Of a DNA stretch of 64,000 nucleotides, positions 48,901-57,177 are shown piece after piece. The stretch lies in the IMG/VR virus record IMGVR_UViG_3300032050_010539, one strand, 5' to 3'. The notes beneath the pieces are model-generated. The model worked only from the letters and a program-made list of their open reading frames with translations, had not been told where the DNA came from and ran no database searches. The translations under genes and the position numbers were made by a program. The DNA is from a virus. Positions within the stretch are counted from its first letter, which is position 1, and every line of letters starts with the position of its first letter.

Positions 48901-50548
48901 AGGTCGCCAGATATGCCTTAACGTGGCTGCGCGGTACTGCAGTCGGCTCTATATTACCGCTAGCTATAGCTAATAGTTGTCGGGCCATACGCTGCTGGCC
49001 TTCGAGATCTCCACTATAGAAGCCATACGTGCTCAGCACGTTAGCCATATCACTAACATCAGTGCCCCGGCTCTCCTTAATCCAGCGGGCCACGTCATAA
49101 TTAGATTGAGATAACTCAGCAGCTAGTTTCTGGTTGCTTAGTAGTAAGCGGCTCATAGGGTCCTGCACATCCTCTCGATAGGTATGTACATCTACTCCTA
49201 TACGAGCGCGACCCTCTATAACCAAATCTAATACATTAGCCTGGAGCTTAGAGTATTCCTGCTCTCTGGCTTGCATGTATGCCTGGTAACCCGATAGTGT
49301 TCTCTCGTGCTCAGGATTCTCTCCCATCTCTCCCTTAAGCTGGCTTGCCATTAGGGTCTTATCGTGTTTGAGTAGGAACACCTGATTGAGTACCATATAG
49401 AGGCGGCCCGTCTTACCATCGATAGTAGGCCTATTAATGAGCTCACCTACATGGCGGCGTAGAGCAGTATTAATATCACCAGCACCGCCTATACTATCCT
49501 GCCCCGTGAATAGAACTCTATCGCCACCATCTAATCTATCCATAACATCACGAGCCTGTAGGTATAACTTATCGGCCCGCGTTATGGTGTCAGGCAGTAT
49601 ACCCCTATCGGCATCCTGTATTTGGCTATAGGTCAGGTTAGTGCGTATAGTCCGCGTGAACTCTACATTAGAGCCCGCCTGTTCTAGCGATTGTCCTAGT
49701 GGCCGCGTCACGTTCATCGTACCTATGAGAGCGGACCTATCACTAACGAAGAACTTAGGGTGATTACGTCTATCAGCCCATTGGATATCTATATCTACAT
49801 CAGTCCCGAAGCGGTCCCGTAGATAGGACAGCCGCTTATAAAACATAATGTTGGGGCCCAGGATATCATAATTCTTACGAGAGTCCCCATCAGTCTCAGA
49901 TGGGGCAGCCATACGAACTACCACACGACCACCCTGGCCACTACCAGCTATCCTCTCTACAGCTTCACCCACCATATCTATAGCGCGCTCATTCTGGAAC
50001 TGATAAATATCTATACGCAGTTCTCTCTCTGCTGTATCTACTAGCGCGGCAATAGGTAGTAAGCCGGGCCGTACATTATAACCATCATCAGATAGTAGAT
50101 CCAACATGCTAGAACGATTCTCTAGTAGTAGGCGGCGTTCATCGTCTATGCCCTCTAGGTTAGACCGCATAGTGAGCTGATCTCGCTGGGCCATCCAATT
50201 AAGCATATCATCAGTCTGGGTACGGGCAGGAGTAGCTGTACCCCCCATACCTGCTATGTATTCGAAGTACTCCTGACGAGCGGGGCCCTCTATACTATCC
50301 CATAGACTCGAGATAGCAGCTCGACTACTACTAGTATCAACTACCCTATCATAGAAGGCATCAGCTAGCACCATCTCCATAGAGGCGTCGGTACCAGGTG
50401 GTATAAAGTTAGGGTCCATTAATACTTCTAGAGGATTGTAGCCCTGTAATAATCTACTGCGCGTATCCTCAGGAATACGGTAGAGGGCATTCCAACGAGC
50501 ACTGTCATTAAATCGATTACTAGAGAATAGTGAGCTATTGATATCCAT
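39932..50548 (-). CDS. giant protein: two PLD (HxK) domains + single-chain two-barrel RNA polymerase + hydrophobic C-terminus; putative virion RNA polymerase
   Basis: HPKFFVSD..IGTMN (~49710-49762) and HVK..GSSN (~48800-48925); AWIQRSPP then SNLGDFDGDT (42998-43012); likely start MDINSS at 50548 (ORF open to 50620). Confidence 0.75.
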   Translation of the reverse strand: MDINSSLFSSNRFNDSARWNALYRIPEDTRSRLLQGYNPLEVLMDPNFIPPGTDASMEMVLADAFYDRVVDTSSSRAAISSLWDSIEGPARQEYFEYIAGMGGTATPARTQTDDMLNWMAQRDQLTMRSNLEGIDDERRLLLENRSSMLDLLSDDGYNVRPGLLPIAALVDTAERELRIDIYQFQNERAIDMVGEAVERIAGSGQGGRVVVRMAAPSETDGDSRKNYDILGPNIMFYKRLSYLRDRFGTDVDIDIQWADRRNHPKFFVSDRSALIGTMNVTRPLGQSLEQAGSNVEFTRTIRTNLTYSQIQDADRGILPDTITRADKLYLQARDVMDRLDGGDRVLFTGQDSIGGAGDINTALRRHVGELINRPTIDGKTGRLYMVLNQVFLLKHDKTLMASQLKGEMGENPEHERTLSGYQAYMQAREQEYSKLQANVLDLVIEGRARIGVDVHTYREDVQDPMSRLLLSNQKLAAELSQSNYDVARWIKESRGTDVSDMANVLSTYGFYSGDLEGQQRMARQLLAIASGNIEPTAVPRSHVKAYLATYENDAINQGAGPDMQNINNRQAFDILGGSQGSSNYGLNSLADNDDPLSRQFVNQEINIIYDRVGGTSPLSLSNEERNEENREYARAFYKLQSSLGIQRIGETHYSERDRRSMYGNRVDRGAILDLINEIERVNAAVGSEVIGVQRDYDGLNLEGATLTLNKGLPTQRVYRWGAYKNASGQGPAAFIDISGGRQIESAELFNTGTMRMELAIERDGLGVGLDPRRRLRLNPLDVVVGLMSSIALESETTRLVRAPLIEYQRYYSPDNIRAAQAVQRDPGAQYQSAMNFFEKLLGVSGLDLTTDEGTSRVQQGLSNLTSLFYSSDPDLDRIRDLAGISRIDSRRRVAFEELSNIFLTYARSADERGQPIIDLEAHRRGALNLAANKLYEIMDQGPMFADVLFKFIESQNDSRYKTDARERLKEIHDSAFAAFLTPTQARNYGSTQASNRLLAYGFGQDRQPAGISIVNAALRRIKANETTFSNLSAFAYTASPLPVGPVSDLGVGDDFLFVRVAEGNAGPTATDESQYFTGYNNVLPLSRRATASEVFDLSIIRSTGVGDIIRRDELSEYMKAVSHLGIDRSLLEAEFDARGDNLLRFFFDPNKPDQVPQRLKNVIGMRPLMDISEGYTRVLELVSPTDTGRVIPELTPVRYQARYGGSDVDVLQGSMYQDAYLADLRAGLEARGLDSSIVDDSYRYGAIFSGRISRFMSSEAAVELEAIRYELADRLGIDSEDIPTEDDSVLAELFRATIVQSQLFASRERGLIGSGQARPTVMIMALEGAYSDYAYANPLHRVRRGFLDQATKSSKASLLGRDWTFDNILVSSDDRIVFDEREQRYYLLDREGRRKQAITSRSEMRVFLDQIESTSRNPNMGAAMATSAAAGIRGEYAIEQLLQVSRLTGSDATNEVQVQIQFLRTLLEGGSRRVEAERGLAKIVPVFLSEDVMRSEVFPTIQQGGYHSALEIEDIQYIISPTNLKSYAFNHGATLLTYNGGELFRRGVLERNDQQIAAALLSITDSRLFSNSSNINIDSVHIEIAQLAAQGRLGNYYRDLYMSTMLELMRNDKLGDGPPHLEIGKKLVRGGDGAINRLQSPVLGAIDISEIMMALRSGTSSGALSNKVGLIVDAADAARRGYVDTGAMGRGFERAAIAGNLEIMMQLMSLNNTLELKTTPVTGSDSISRHAYAAMSAIAGVTQADEISVGQENVAVMLDRLSNYSRYVVLYNAVMGSSSKVPLSSKDTAQLEMQHIVSSPFMANVDKFKRDGSVDSMRRAILGVMKMAIGADPNKIAVDDIPMYDLASLDFHANSTLGEILLGAYNDARAPLSDITNLRERYRQFHTALSLLESASDTDMVSYTRGSGLDTTNVTHTILDEIATWMGQPAGTDRDTLRNVVRQSLRVLKNDVYAHASRWRLAGDKVLGVEATEATVQSMGQKGLRRIAYEFPSFRIEGNNVVFNTTIKDRGFILSPEDVRIAGIQFGSHENEIAAATVDKWIMLAPGSAVRDIFEKVAIESGSRTTVELEGLSDFQIQELTRFQELNNTYEARVYNDLASAYLQSITGNKIGVTGTTGVGAASWYVPVRGAVLAEATMERFGTRGSQTREEILSRLGDHLKNNLSVISQSGDKRIGRRLIQQQIYAITEGLSIAGMYGLETVVDKSKNFQSKAAGIRKLAPDSQAAEYAQLEIEIKVEMDRFSSMKFSGSGDSLISTLGEAEMGTILESLPGAKTHKYRDLGHLPVIISGLMIGSQGPSRSIIPDNMRIYIDTNALGNRFDNLDLLQGRIRKNPIDLSFFSDTRGKDGAEMLNTFSTRLDSLERTINAVTSAVDTYLEGKSPRGTDLHNRGVALIAQYRKLVSDANAAYAVELDTVMANRAARDSLLIMNSTLQADMSMFFTELELTRAWIQRSPPPGNTHLDKLVFGLDTLNSINNIYRDLTGSGFNFFDDTRNKSLTLLNPISFITSNLGDFDGDTFSAIFFNYSQMKLQRDDMLERAKERREMASQAADPAKRTILEKQANDLDMRASALLDTIQQVATNANWNEYTDSVYSWVAGYMKLDKGMLEQRGIEHALVLVEQSRGLFGMMEDVYARIQPAHEPLLELIQQSRTDSAVDIVNRLSTSTDQNILTDLVNNPDTGPFVRASLHDILSATGNDQEEKAYDFLHKLTAVNARDNLSKYMKRADGSVMSGGQFDMMQKVLGQAGSVILGKTYNTTVGMLYERSPIMAVSHALENSSALQDDMRRILIDQGMAGGMSASDVNLEADSKIVDIQRLARQSRTEVGEVGTFLQEIQQMLRDAIKPKMGGAEFLENLSQYHKRFVDAVDDVERQRVVDDMSRLLPSITPLFKLDAYIGAHKELLASATNDAQDSKINDLLTKLSIGETEQLDLSRRLSVLRGDEIGTHSRALIASYQLRQDLVGMTAVFAFERAMPTDKAGNPISSGRGLAESVETYINSEPARAAQIDTLIAGGITNGLTEMEIEVEEFQNFTRDVIGDKRFQDMGTDTKRILAMNFLRSRESASLWANTDGSKLLRFAINDSTRSTLYGGQLEDVLGQDLITTAGDLTGSGASPLVRSLLQAVSAGKINEPEQVTRALESLMDTFTHADGKRYEIADIFSVLLNSGTPSPADKEIAEFIQKTVLTDETATSRLVTYVRATALGQQVDTADRLVEELRDYESRDVDTRYIKLLQDMGVAPDRAKELSARRRDYLLAGSPPDVDPLDPRPRPDRPLLRVADDLPILNNTAGNLMDVLLFPLMALAGDMISSGGARPEAMQQTMGNMLGAMAYVSAPAGNQMGRFAAGTLMSMGFKGRLAGQLHEDYTIGVGMLLAQEIAFGATAQLAGRYIINPFVEKTLGKAPTIDSDPFAGLRNVASNVITGALSLVSAGFVNKLLHRGLEVSMQRSVAPAALDAVSAGIRATQEGMNRARMEREDNAETEVVDDTGSPVEFFVQTIFNGDEYDTYDALYMSDLTVDRPNSMAYRDESESYSMDLV

Positions 50549-50676
50549 CAGTAGAGTACAAAACCTATTAAATAGAGCTATAGCTGAAAAACTGCCTACT
50601 TTAGCGGGCAGTGGCCTCATAGGATTATATCAATCAGCTTATCTGATATCTTATAGCACATACATGGAGAGACGTT

Positions 50677-51470
50677 ATGCACACTATCACATTACCGAAG
50701 GGCCAGTTTGAAGTTAGCTTTAAGCCGCCCCTGGTTTACGACCGCCGCGAGATGATCAAGCACTATAATAAGGAGTGCGGCCTATTACCTGAAGAAGTAC
50801 TAGCTATCCGTTGTATTGTTAACATCAATGGCCGGGTCCTGGATAGCGATGCCTACGACTACGAACCCGATGGTATCACCGACGACTGGTGTGTCGAGGA
50901 CCAACAATACTTCATGGAGTTATTCAGTACCCTATATCTCATTGACGATAAAGGGCGCGAGAAGGCCCAAGCGGAGGCAAAAAAGCTTATGGGTGTTTCC
51001 ACGCGAGCTACGACTACAAAATCGAAGCAAGTCACCTAAACCTTCATCTAACGTACTTCCACCTAATAAACACTGAGTTATTCTGTAAGAATGCTGCGCT
51101 CCAGCGTATAGCCGACCCTCTGCTACAAATTGCTGGCAGTATATTCCCTAGTGCTAGGTTTATAGTATCGCCGCCACCTGACCCCTATCTACCCGTTATT
51201 AAACATAACTATGTGGTTCGGGTGGCGCAGAACTATACCAAGTACTATCAACTAGAGAAGTGGGTTATAATAGCTAGCGTCACTGGTATAGGATTGCAGG
51301 AGTTCATTCAGCAAGACGAATATATGCAGGAGGCCGCTTATCAAGCGGCGTCTAACTATATTCAGAATCAGAATAAGAAACAACAGCAATCCCTAGAAGA
51401 AATGACTAAATCTTTAGAGAATATGAACTCTAACCCACTATCTGAAATTAAGAAACCCTCATTCTGGTGA
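50677..51470 (+). CDS. tail assembly chaperone pair: 50677..51039 plus a -1 frameshift product ending at 51470 (~264 aa)
   Basis: slippery A-AAA-AAG at 50979-50985; the -1 frame is stop-free from 50946 to 51467 with no ATG/GTG/TTG until 51213. Confidence 0.75.
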
Positions 51471-52807
51471 ATATGGAAGTACGTAATGCCACCACGCCAG
51501 CAATACGCCGGCGCACTATCTACGCTATGGAGCACCTAGGCCTAGCCACTAGTTATCTATCTGAGGATGGTGGCTATAAACGAGCAGGCAAGCCTACCTA
51601 CCAGCAGCTGAGTGCCTGGGATGAGGCAGCGCAGGCGGAGCCTATCATAGCGCAGGGCCTCGACTCTATAGCGCTAAGCGTGCTTAATAAAGTCGGGCCC
51701 TATCAACACGGGGATAAACGCATTAAGAAATTCATAGATGACCAACTACGCAATAGAGCCAAGACATGGATATCTCATTGCGTGAAGTCTATCATGACGT
51801 ATGGTTTCAGCCTAAGCGAGCAGATATACGCCCACGGCGAGCGTGATAGTATGCCGGCTACGGTATTAGACGACATAGTTAATTATCACCCACTACAGGT
51901 CATGCTCATCACTAACGACAATGGCCGTATAGTAGATGGTGATACAGTAACAGCTAGTCAATACAAGTCGGGCTACTGGGTGCCTCTGCCTCCCTATAGA
52001 ATAGGAGACCCCCCTAAGAGAGTAGATGTGGTAGGTAGTCATGTACGGCTCCCTAGTCACAAACGGCTATTCATTAACTACAACACTAAGGGTAATAATC
52101 CCTGGGGTACCAGTTGCCTCACTAGCGTGCTAGACTACTCTATCTTTAAGCGAGCCTTTCGAGATATGATGCTCATAGCTCTAGACCGCTATGGTACCCC
52201 TCTCATATACGTAATAGTGCCACCCGGTAATACGGGCGTAGTAGAGGAGGCCCCCGATGGTACAGAGATAACCACTACTATAGCAGAGCAGGCAGAGGAC
52301 GCACTCCGTCGTTTAAGCACCGACTCTGGTTTAGTATTAACACAGCTCAGTAAGGAGCAGCCGGTACAGGTGGGGGCCCTAACTACAGGTAATAACTTCA
52401 GCGACTCATTCGAAAGAGCCGTATCACTCTGCGATAACAATATGCTAATGGGTATGGGTATCCCCAACCTACTGGTGCAAAATAGAGAGGCTACCTTTGG
52501 TACAGGCCGGGCCAGTGAGATTCAACTAGAGCTCTTCGATGGTAAGATCAACAGTATATTCGATACAGTGATACACGCCTTCACTGAGCAGGTCATAGGC
52601 AACCTAATCAGGTTGAACTTCGACCCCACACTATACCCACTGGCCAGCAACACAGGCTATATAACTCGTTTACCAGGGAGGGCCACTGATCTAGCAGCAT
52701 TGATAGATGCCATTAAGCAGATGCACGACATGGGCTTCCTAGTAGATGGAGATAAGGATCACATACGTTCCATTACTGGATTACCCGATGCCATTAGCTC
52801 TACCTAG
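51467..52807 (+). CDS. portal protein (DUF935/Mu gp29-like)
   Basis: IMTYGFSLSEQIY, NNPWGTSCL, ALDRYGTPL, EQVIGNLIRLNF; position before protease and capsid. Confidence 0.85.
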   Translation: MNMEVRNATTPAIRRRTIYAMEHLGLATSYLSEDGGYKRAGKPTYQQLSAWDEAAQAEPIIAQGLDSIALSVLNKVGPYQHGDKRIKKFIDDQLRNRAKTWISHCVKSIMTYGFSLSEQIYAHGERDSMPATVLDDIVNYHPLQVMLITNDNGRIVDGDTVTASQYKSGYWVPLPPYRIGDPPKRVDVVGSHVRLPSHKRLFINYNTKGNNPWGTSCLTSVLDYSIFKRAFRDMMLIALDRYGTPLIYVIVPPGNTGVVEEAPDGTEITTTIAEQAEDALRRLSTDSGLVLTQLSKEQPVQVGALTTGNNFSDSFERAVSLCDNNMLMGMGIPNLLVQNREATFGTGRASEIQLELFDGKINSIFDTVIHAFTEQVIGNLIRLNFDPTLYPLASNTGYITRLPGRATDLAALIDAIKQMHDMGFLVDGDKDHIRSITGLPDAISST

Positions 52808-53198
52808 GCTTTACGCGATGACGTAGTTCGTTCTGCCGCGCTCGGTATGCTAGGTGCCAGTCTCGCAGTATGAGATGTTTACAGTAACCTCGCTGAGGGC
52901 AACTACAGTCTGTGCCATGTATTTGATAAATATTACCACGAGGTGACTCTACTATCTCACCTCCCTCAACTGCAGTATAAGTATAGCCCTCAGTTAGCAT
53001 ACGGCCGGCCAGGTAATTATAGTATGTAGACTCGAGCGTACCTTGTAGTAGGGAAGTTATATCTATCTTATAGGGCTTGGTACTCAACCCCTCATCGAGG
53101 TTGAAGACCAGAGAGGTATCCTTAATAGTCGCATTACGAATACGGCGAACGAGAAGTCGCTCTAGAGCTTCTAAAGCCAATAATCTTTCTAATTGCAT
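52800..53198 (-). CDS. SWIM zinc-finger protein
   Basis: YQI..DCSCPQRGYCKH; likely start MQLERL. Confidence 0.7.
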   Translation of the reverse strand: MQLERLLALEALERLLVRRIRNATIKDTSLVFNLDEGLSTKPYKIDITSLLQGTLESTYYNYLAGRMLTEGYTYTAVEGGEIVESPRGNIYQIHGTDCSCPQRGYCKHLILRDWHLAYRARQNELRHRVKPR

Positions 53199-53235
53199 AT
53201 TTCCTACCTTTAGTGATGTTAGTTGATACAGGCTA

Positions 53236-54609
53236 ATGGAGCCACCAGCAATTACGCTTATGCCCGAGACTATTGATACCTCTATTGTAGAGGATAATTT
53301 AAGTATAGATAGCTCTACCTTTGAGATATCAGGACCCCCGCCTAGCGCAGCCGAAGCCCCATTGGTTGAGACTACGCTTATCGAGATTGAAGCGGCCAAA
53401 GAGTGCACTGATGACTTCTGTCCAGTCAACATAGAGCATAACGGACCCAGATTATTCAGCTCAGCTGCCGTAGGAGACGCCAGTATAGAGTTACTAAAGG
53501 GTAAACTAAGAGTACCGCAGGCCAAGATAGGCACCTGGAAGCATAACATCTACGGTGAGGTAACCTTCACCATGGAGAAATTCACAGAAGCCATTACTAA
53601 CTTCGAGAATGATGTACTAGGCTTTGAGCCATACCTTACATTCGGCCACCCTATTGAGAGCTCCGACGTTAATAGCTACGATGAGTTCATAGAGACTGCA
53701 GAAGCACTTGATGGTCAGCGTAAGCGTGGGGACCTCGAGCAGTTACGCATTGAGGGCGACATGCTGGTGGGATACTACACACCTAAGTCAGAAGCCTACG
53801 ATGCAGTTAGCAAGGGAGAGTACGAATACAGCTCAGGTGAATTTCTGACTAATTTCACTGATAAGAAAACAGGAGTTAATCGAGGAACTGTATTAGTTAG
53901 AACTGCGTTAACTAATGCCCCATTTATTCCTCATAGAGAGAAGGTAGTGGCACTTAGCCAGAGCCCACAAACAATAGCCGGAGCAGTGTTTAAATTAAGC
54001 GCAGTTATACCTGAACAAACAATTTCTAATCAAACAACTATGTCGGATGAGACTATTATGGAAACTCCCGAGACCGAGATCGAGACCGTCCCGGCAATGG
54101 AGCCCTCACTAGCAGTGGCTAAAGATACCCTTGAGAGCATGCGCCTTAGTCTAGAGGCAGTATACGAAGAGAAGCTAGCAGCTATGACTAAGGCTCAGTC
54201 TGATGTAATAGCTACCCTCACTAGACAGTTAGAGACTATCGAGGAGAAGCTATCGATGACCCAATCTGTAGCTCAGGCCTATTCTACTGAGGTGAGTGTT
54301 AGGGAGAAGGCCACCCGTGCTAAGCGCTTACAAAACAGAGGCGTACCCCCTGCGTTAATTGAGCGTTTCAGTTTATTAGCCGATGCACTCCACGGTGGTT
54401 CTCGTGTTATCAAGCTCTCTACAGAGGCTGGCGGCGAGCGCGATGTAACCGATGAATTAGAAGAGCTATTAAATATTGCTGTTAACAGTAAGCCCGTAGA
54501 AGTACAACAGTATGGCCAGAGTGCAGCCACCCGCCCATCTGGTCTAGAAGCCCAGCTCCGCGAGCTAGCCCAGAAGAACTGGGATTCAGCTAAGAAATCC
54601 AAGGTCTAG
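53236..54609 (+). CDS. prohead protease/scaffold (Mu I-like)
   Basis: IGTWKH..YGEVTFT, LTFGH, GEYEYSSGEF, TALTNAPF; helical scaffold C-terminus. Confidence 0.85.
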   Translation: MEPPAITLMPETIDTSIVEDNLSIDSSTFEISGPPPSAAEAPLVETTLIEIEAAKECTDDFCPVNIEHNGPRLFSSAAVGDASIELLKGKLRVPQAKIGTWKHNIYGEVTFTMEKFTEAITNFENDVLGFEPYLTFGHPIESSDVNSYDEFIETAEALDGQRKRGDLEQLRIEGDMLVGYYTPKSEAYDAVSKGEYEYSSGEFLTNFTDKKTGVNRGTVLVRTALTNAPFIPHREKVVALSQSPQTIAGAVFKLSAVIPEQTISNQTTMSDETIMETPETEIETVPAMEPSLAVAKDTLESMRLSLEAVYEEKLAAMTKAQSDVIATLTRQLETIEEKLSMTQSVAQAYSTEVSVREKATRAKRLQNRGVPPALIERFSLLADALHGGSRVIKLSTEAGGERDVTDELEELLNIAVNSKPVEVQQYGQSAATRPSGLEAQLRELAQKNWDSAKKSKV

Positions 54610-54635
54610 TCCTAATTTACTAACTTCCCACTAAT

Positions 54636-55949
54636 ATGGCAGATATTCCGAGCCCCAACTTTCAAGCGCTTATCAGCAGCCCCTACTTAGTAGATAACAC
54701 TACGTTCCCTCGGGAGCCTGTATACACTGAGTTAGCCCGCTCTATTCTCGCTAAGTTACCTGCGACCCCTCTCAGCACTGTATTCCCCGATGAGACTATT
54801 GCTGAGCGCATTGTCATTGCTGAACACGTCATCGAAGGCGTCGATACTATTTTCCCTGTGGTTGAATGGGGTGCACCTGACCTATTCGTTGATGACGATG
54901 GCTATACAGTGTATCGCCAATCCTACCAACCCCTTCCTATCCGTCAATCGATGTACATGAGTTATGCCCAACTCAATAACACTGTGAGAGAGGGTACTAC
55001 TAATGAACGCGCTACTGCTGCTGAACAGATTGAGAAAAAACTCACCCGTCAAATGCAGAAGCATCAATTAACCTGGAACGTGTTCCAGGCTGCTATGATG
55101 CTCGGCGGCATCAATTACACTGATCCTCGTTCTGGAGTTCGTGTTAAGGCCCCTGCGTACATCCCCGCGCGTAACTTCTTTAACTTCAACACTACCCAAG
55201 GTTACCGTGGCCGTAATGAGGCCCGTTTATTCCGTAACCTCGTTGATTTAAACGCAGGCGGTACTCCCAGTTCAGGCATCCCTATCACTGATCCTCAGTT
55301 TGCTCTCTCTAACTTTGCACGTCGACTAAACCGTTGGTTTAGGGATACCAATAAATCGGATATCACCGATATGTATATGGGTCCCGAGATGCGCGACGTT
55401 ATCCTCATGTGTGAAGAAGCTCGTCTCGCACAAGGCGGTATTATCCCTAGGCTCGGCGCAGTGTTTGGAGACAGCACAATTGACTCCAGCGGTAGTGGTG
55501 GGTCCTTTGGCCCTCTCCCTCCTGGTGGATTAGGAACTGGCATGGGCCTAGTATTAGGTACCCGCGGCGAGATCCTCTCTATTGCGGGAATCAACGTTCA
55601 CGTAGTAGATACTATCTACAAGGACCCAGTTGATGGCGTTGAGAAGCGCGTATGGCCTAAGAACAAAATTGTAGCTGTCAGCTTCCGCGATAGCAATGGT
55701 AACGTAGAAGCACCGGGTAGAACTCAGTATTGCTCTAGTGAAAACAGCATTGATAGCCCCGGCTTATGGACTCGTACTGTTACTGATGTTCCTCCTCCGG
55801 CAGCACCTGGTATCGCGGTTCAGATGGGTAATGCAGGTCTTCCCTACTTCAAGTTCCCCTATCGCGTCTGCCATGTAACTCCCTGTACCGTACAGCAAAT
55901 CAATGAGCGTCTAGGTATCCAAGGAGACCTATTCTTCCCTGGTTTATAA
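54636..55949 (+). CDS. major capsid protein
   Basis: 437 aa after the protease/scaffold; highly expressed-type codon usage; capsid-E-like layout. Confidence 0.85.
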   Translation: MADIPSPNFQALISSPYLVDNTTFPREPVYTELARSILAKLPATPLSTVFPDETIAERIVIAEHVIEGVDTIFPVVEWGAPDLFVDDDGYTVYRQSYQPLPIRQSMYMSYAQLNNTVREGTTNERATAAEQIEKKLTRQMQKHQLTWNVFQAAMMLGGINYTDPRSGVRVKAPAYIPARNFFNFNTTQGYRGRNEARLFRNLVDLNAGGTPSSGIPITDPQFALSNFARRLNRWFRDTNKSDITDMYMGPEMRDVILMCEEARLAQGGIIPRLGAVFGDSTIDSSGSGGSFGPLPPGGLGTGMGLVLGTRGEILSIAGINVHVVDTIYKDPVDGVEKRVWPKNKIVAVSFRDSNGNVEAPGRTQYCSSENSIDSPGLWTRTVTDVPPPAAPGIAVQMGNAGLPYFKFPYRVCHVTPCTVQQINERLGIQGDLFFPGL

Positions 55950-55977
55950 TTCCTCACCCCCCACATATCTTTAAACT

Positions 55978-57084
55978 ATGTCTATCCACAACGTTTGGCA
56001 GGCTCTCCCTGGAGCGCGTAAGCCGATCTACGATACGCTGTATGTGTTGGGTGGGGTAACTACCACCCCCACCGCAGCTGTACAGGCCTCTCCTAACGAG
56101 GACACGATTAACTTCACTGGTGGAACCATCGAGTTCGATGGTATCCCTATTTCTCTCAATGGCTTATCTCTTGATTTCGGCGCTCTTGGTTCTCTTGTAG
56201 CAGAGGGACAGCGCTTTGTAATTAGCGCAGTACCTAGTTACTTAGAGCCGGCTGATAAAACTGCTGCTGTCACCGCTGGCGTCAATTACTTCGTTAACTA
56301 CGATGCTAATCTTGAGGCCTACGCTGAGGTATTCATCAGCCCCGCTGCCGAGGCTGCTGTAGCTGCTCTTGGTGGTATCGATAATGTGCGTAACCGCGTA
56401 TTCAAGGGATCGGCTAGCGCAGCTGATATTGTAGCCTTCAACAATTACGAAGAAGAGCGCGCTAAGAGTACCAGCCGTCCTTATGCTCCTTATCCTCTCG
56501 TTCCTTCTGGCGTGCGCCTAGTTCTCAAGGAAGTAATTCCCCAGACCAATGCAGCATCCCAGAATCTCTTAGAGAACATCACCTCTACTGGATTTCTCGA
56601 GTTGAGCGCTCAGGTACCTGAGTTCCCTGCAGTCCGTAAGGTATTTACTAAGGCCGAGGCTGTAGCTCGCTACAACACTGTTGGTAAATCCTTCTTAATT
56701 AAGCCCGGCACTGCGTTCCATTATGCTAACGTTGGCAACGCTAACTCTGGTACCGCGGGCACCGCGGTTGCTGACATCAGTAACATCAACGCTGCCTCTG
56801 GTACTCACGTCTCTGTGTTTGAGTATTACATGCCCAGCACTACTGCGTCTGCTCAGACTGGTAGCGAACCAGCTATCCAGCGCGTATTAACTCGTTCTGA
56901 CTCTGCATTACTAGGCCGTATCAATCCTATCTACTTAGCAAATGAGGCTCCTATGCGTAAGGTCGGAAAACCAGGTGACTCTCGCCTGACTAAATGGGCT
57001 GATCCCACTGACCTAGTTGAAGTGACTGTAGGCCCATCTGATGCTCTCACTATCTCCCGCACTATCTACAGAAGCCTAGTCTAG
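55978..57084 (+). CDS. abundant head protein (decoration/cement)
   Basis: follows the capsid gene, same codon bias, Ala/Thr-rich, followed by a terminator. Confidence 0.7.
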   Translation: MSIHNVWQALPGARKPIYDTLYVLGGVTTTPTAAVQASPNEDTINFTGGTIEFDGIPISLNGLSLDFGALGSLVAEGQRFVISAVPSYLEPADKTAAVTAGVNYFVNYDANLEAYAEVFISPAAEAAVAALGGIDNVRNRVFKGSASAADIVAFNNYEEERAKSTSRPYAPYPLVPSGVRLVLKEVIPQTNAASQNLLENITSTGFLELSAQVPEFPAVRKVFTKAEAVARYNTVGKSFLIKPGTAFHYANVGNANSGTAGTAVADISNINAASGTHVSVFEYYMPSTTASAQTGSEPAIQRVLTRSDSALLGRINPIYLANEAPMRKVGKPGDSRLTKWADPTDLVEVTVGPSDALTISRTIYRSLV

Positions 57085-57100
57085 TAGTGCGATGCCTATA

Positions 57101-57132
57101 TAAAACGCTAGGAGAAATCCTAGCGTTTTATA
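57101..57132 (+). terminator. intrinsic (bidirectional-type) terminator
   Basis: TAAAACGCTAGGA-GAAA-TCCTAGCGTTTTA. Confidence 0.85.
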
Positions 57133-57177
57133 TTATGGAATGTGTTAAATTGTATATGATATCCATTTTCCAAATAT

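Noticed and set aside
22482-49631. Many opposite-strand or nested ORFs inside the two polymerase genes and the 656-aa gene
   Set aside because: Shadow ORFs without RBS or motifs, explained by the codon bias of the real genes
53199-53549. N-terminal extension of the SWIM-domain ORF
   Set aside because: It overlaps the protease gene antisense; the RBS-supported start is at 53198
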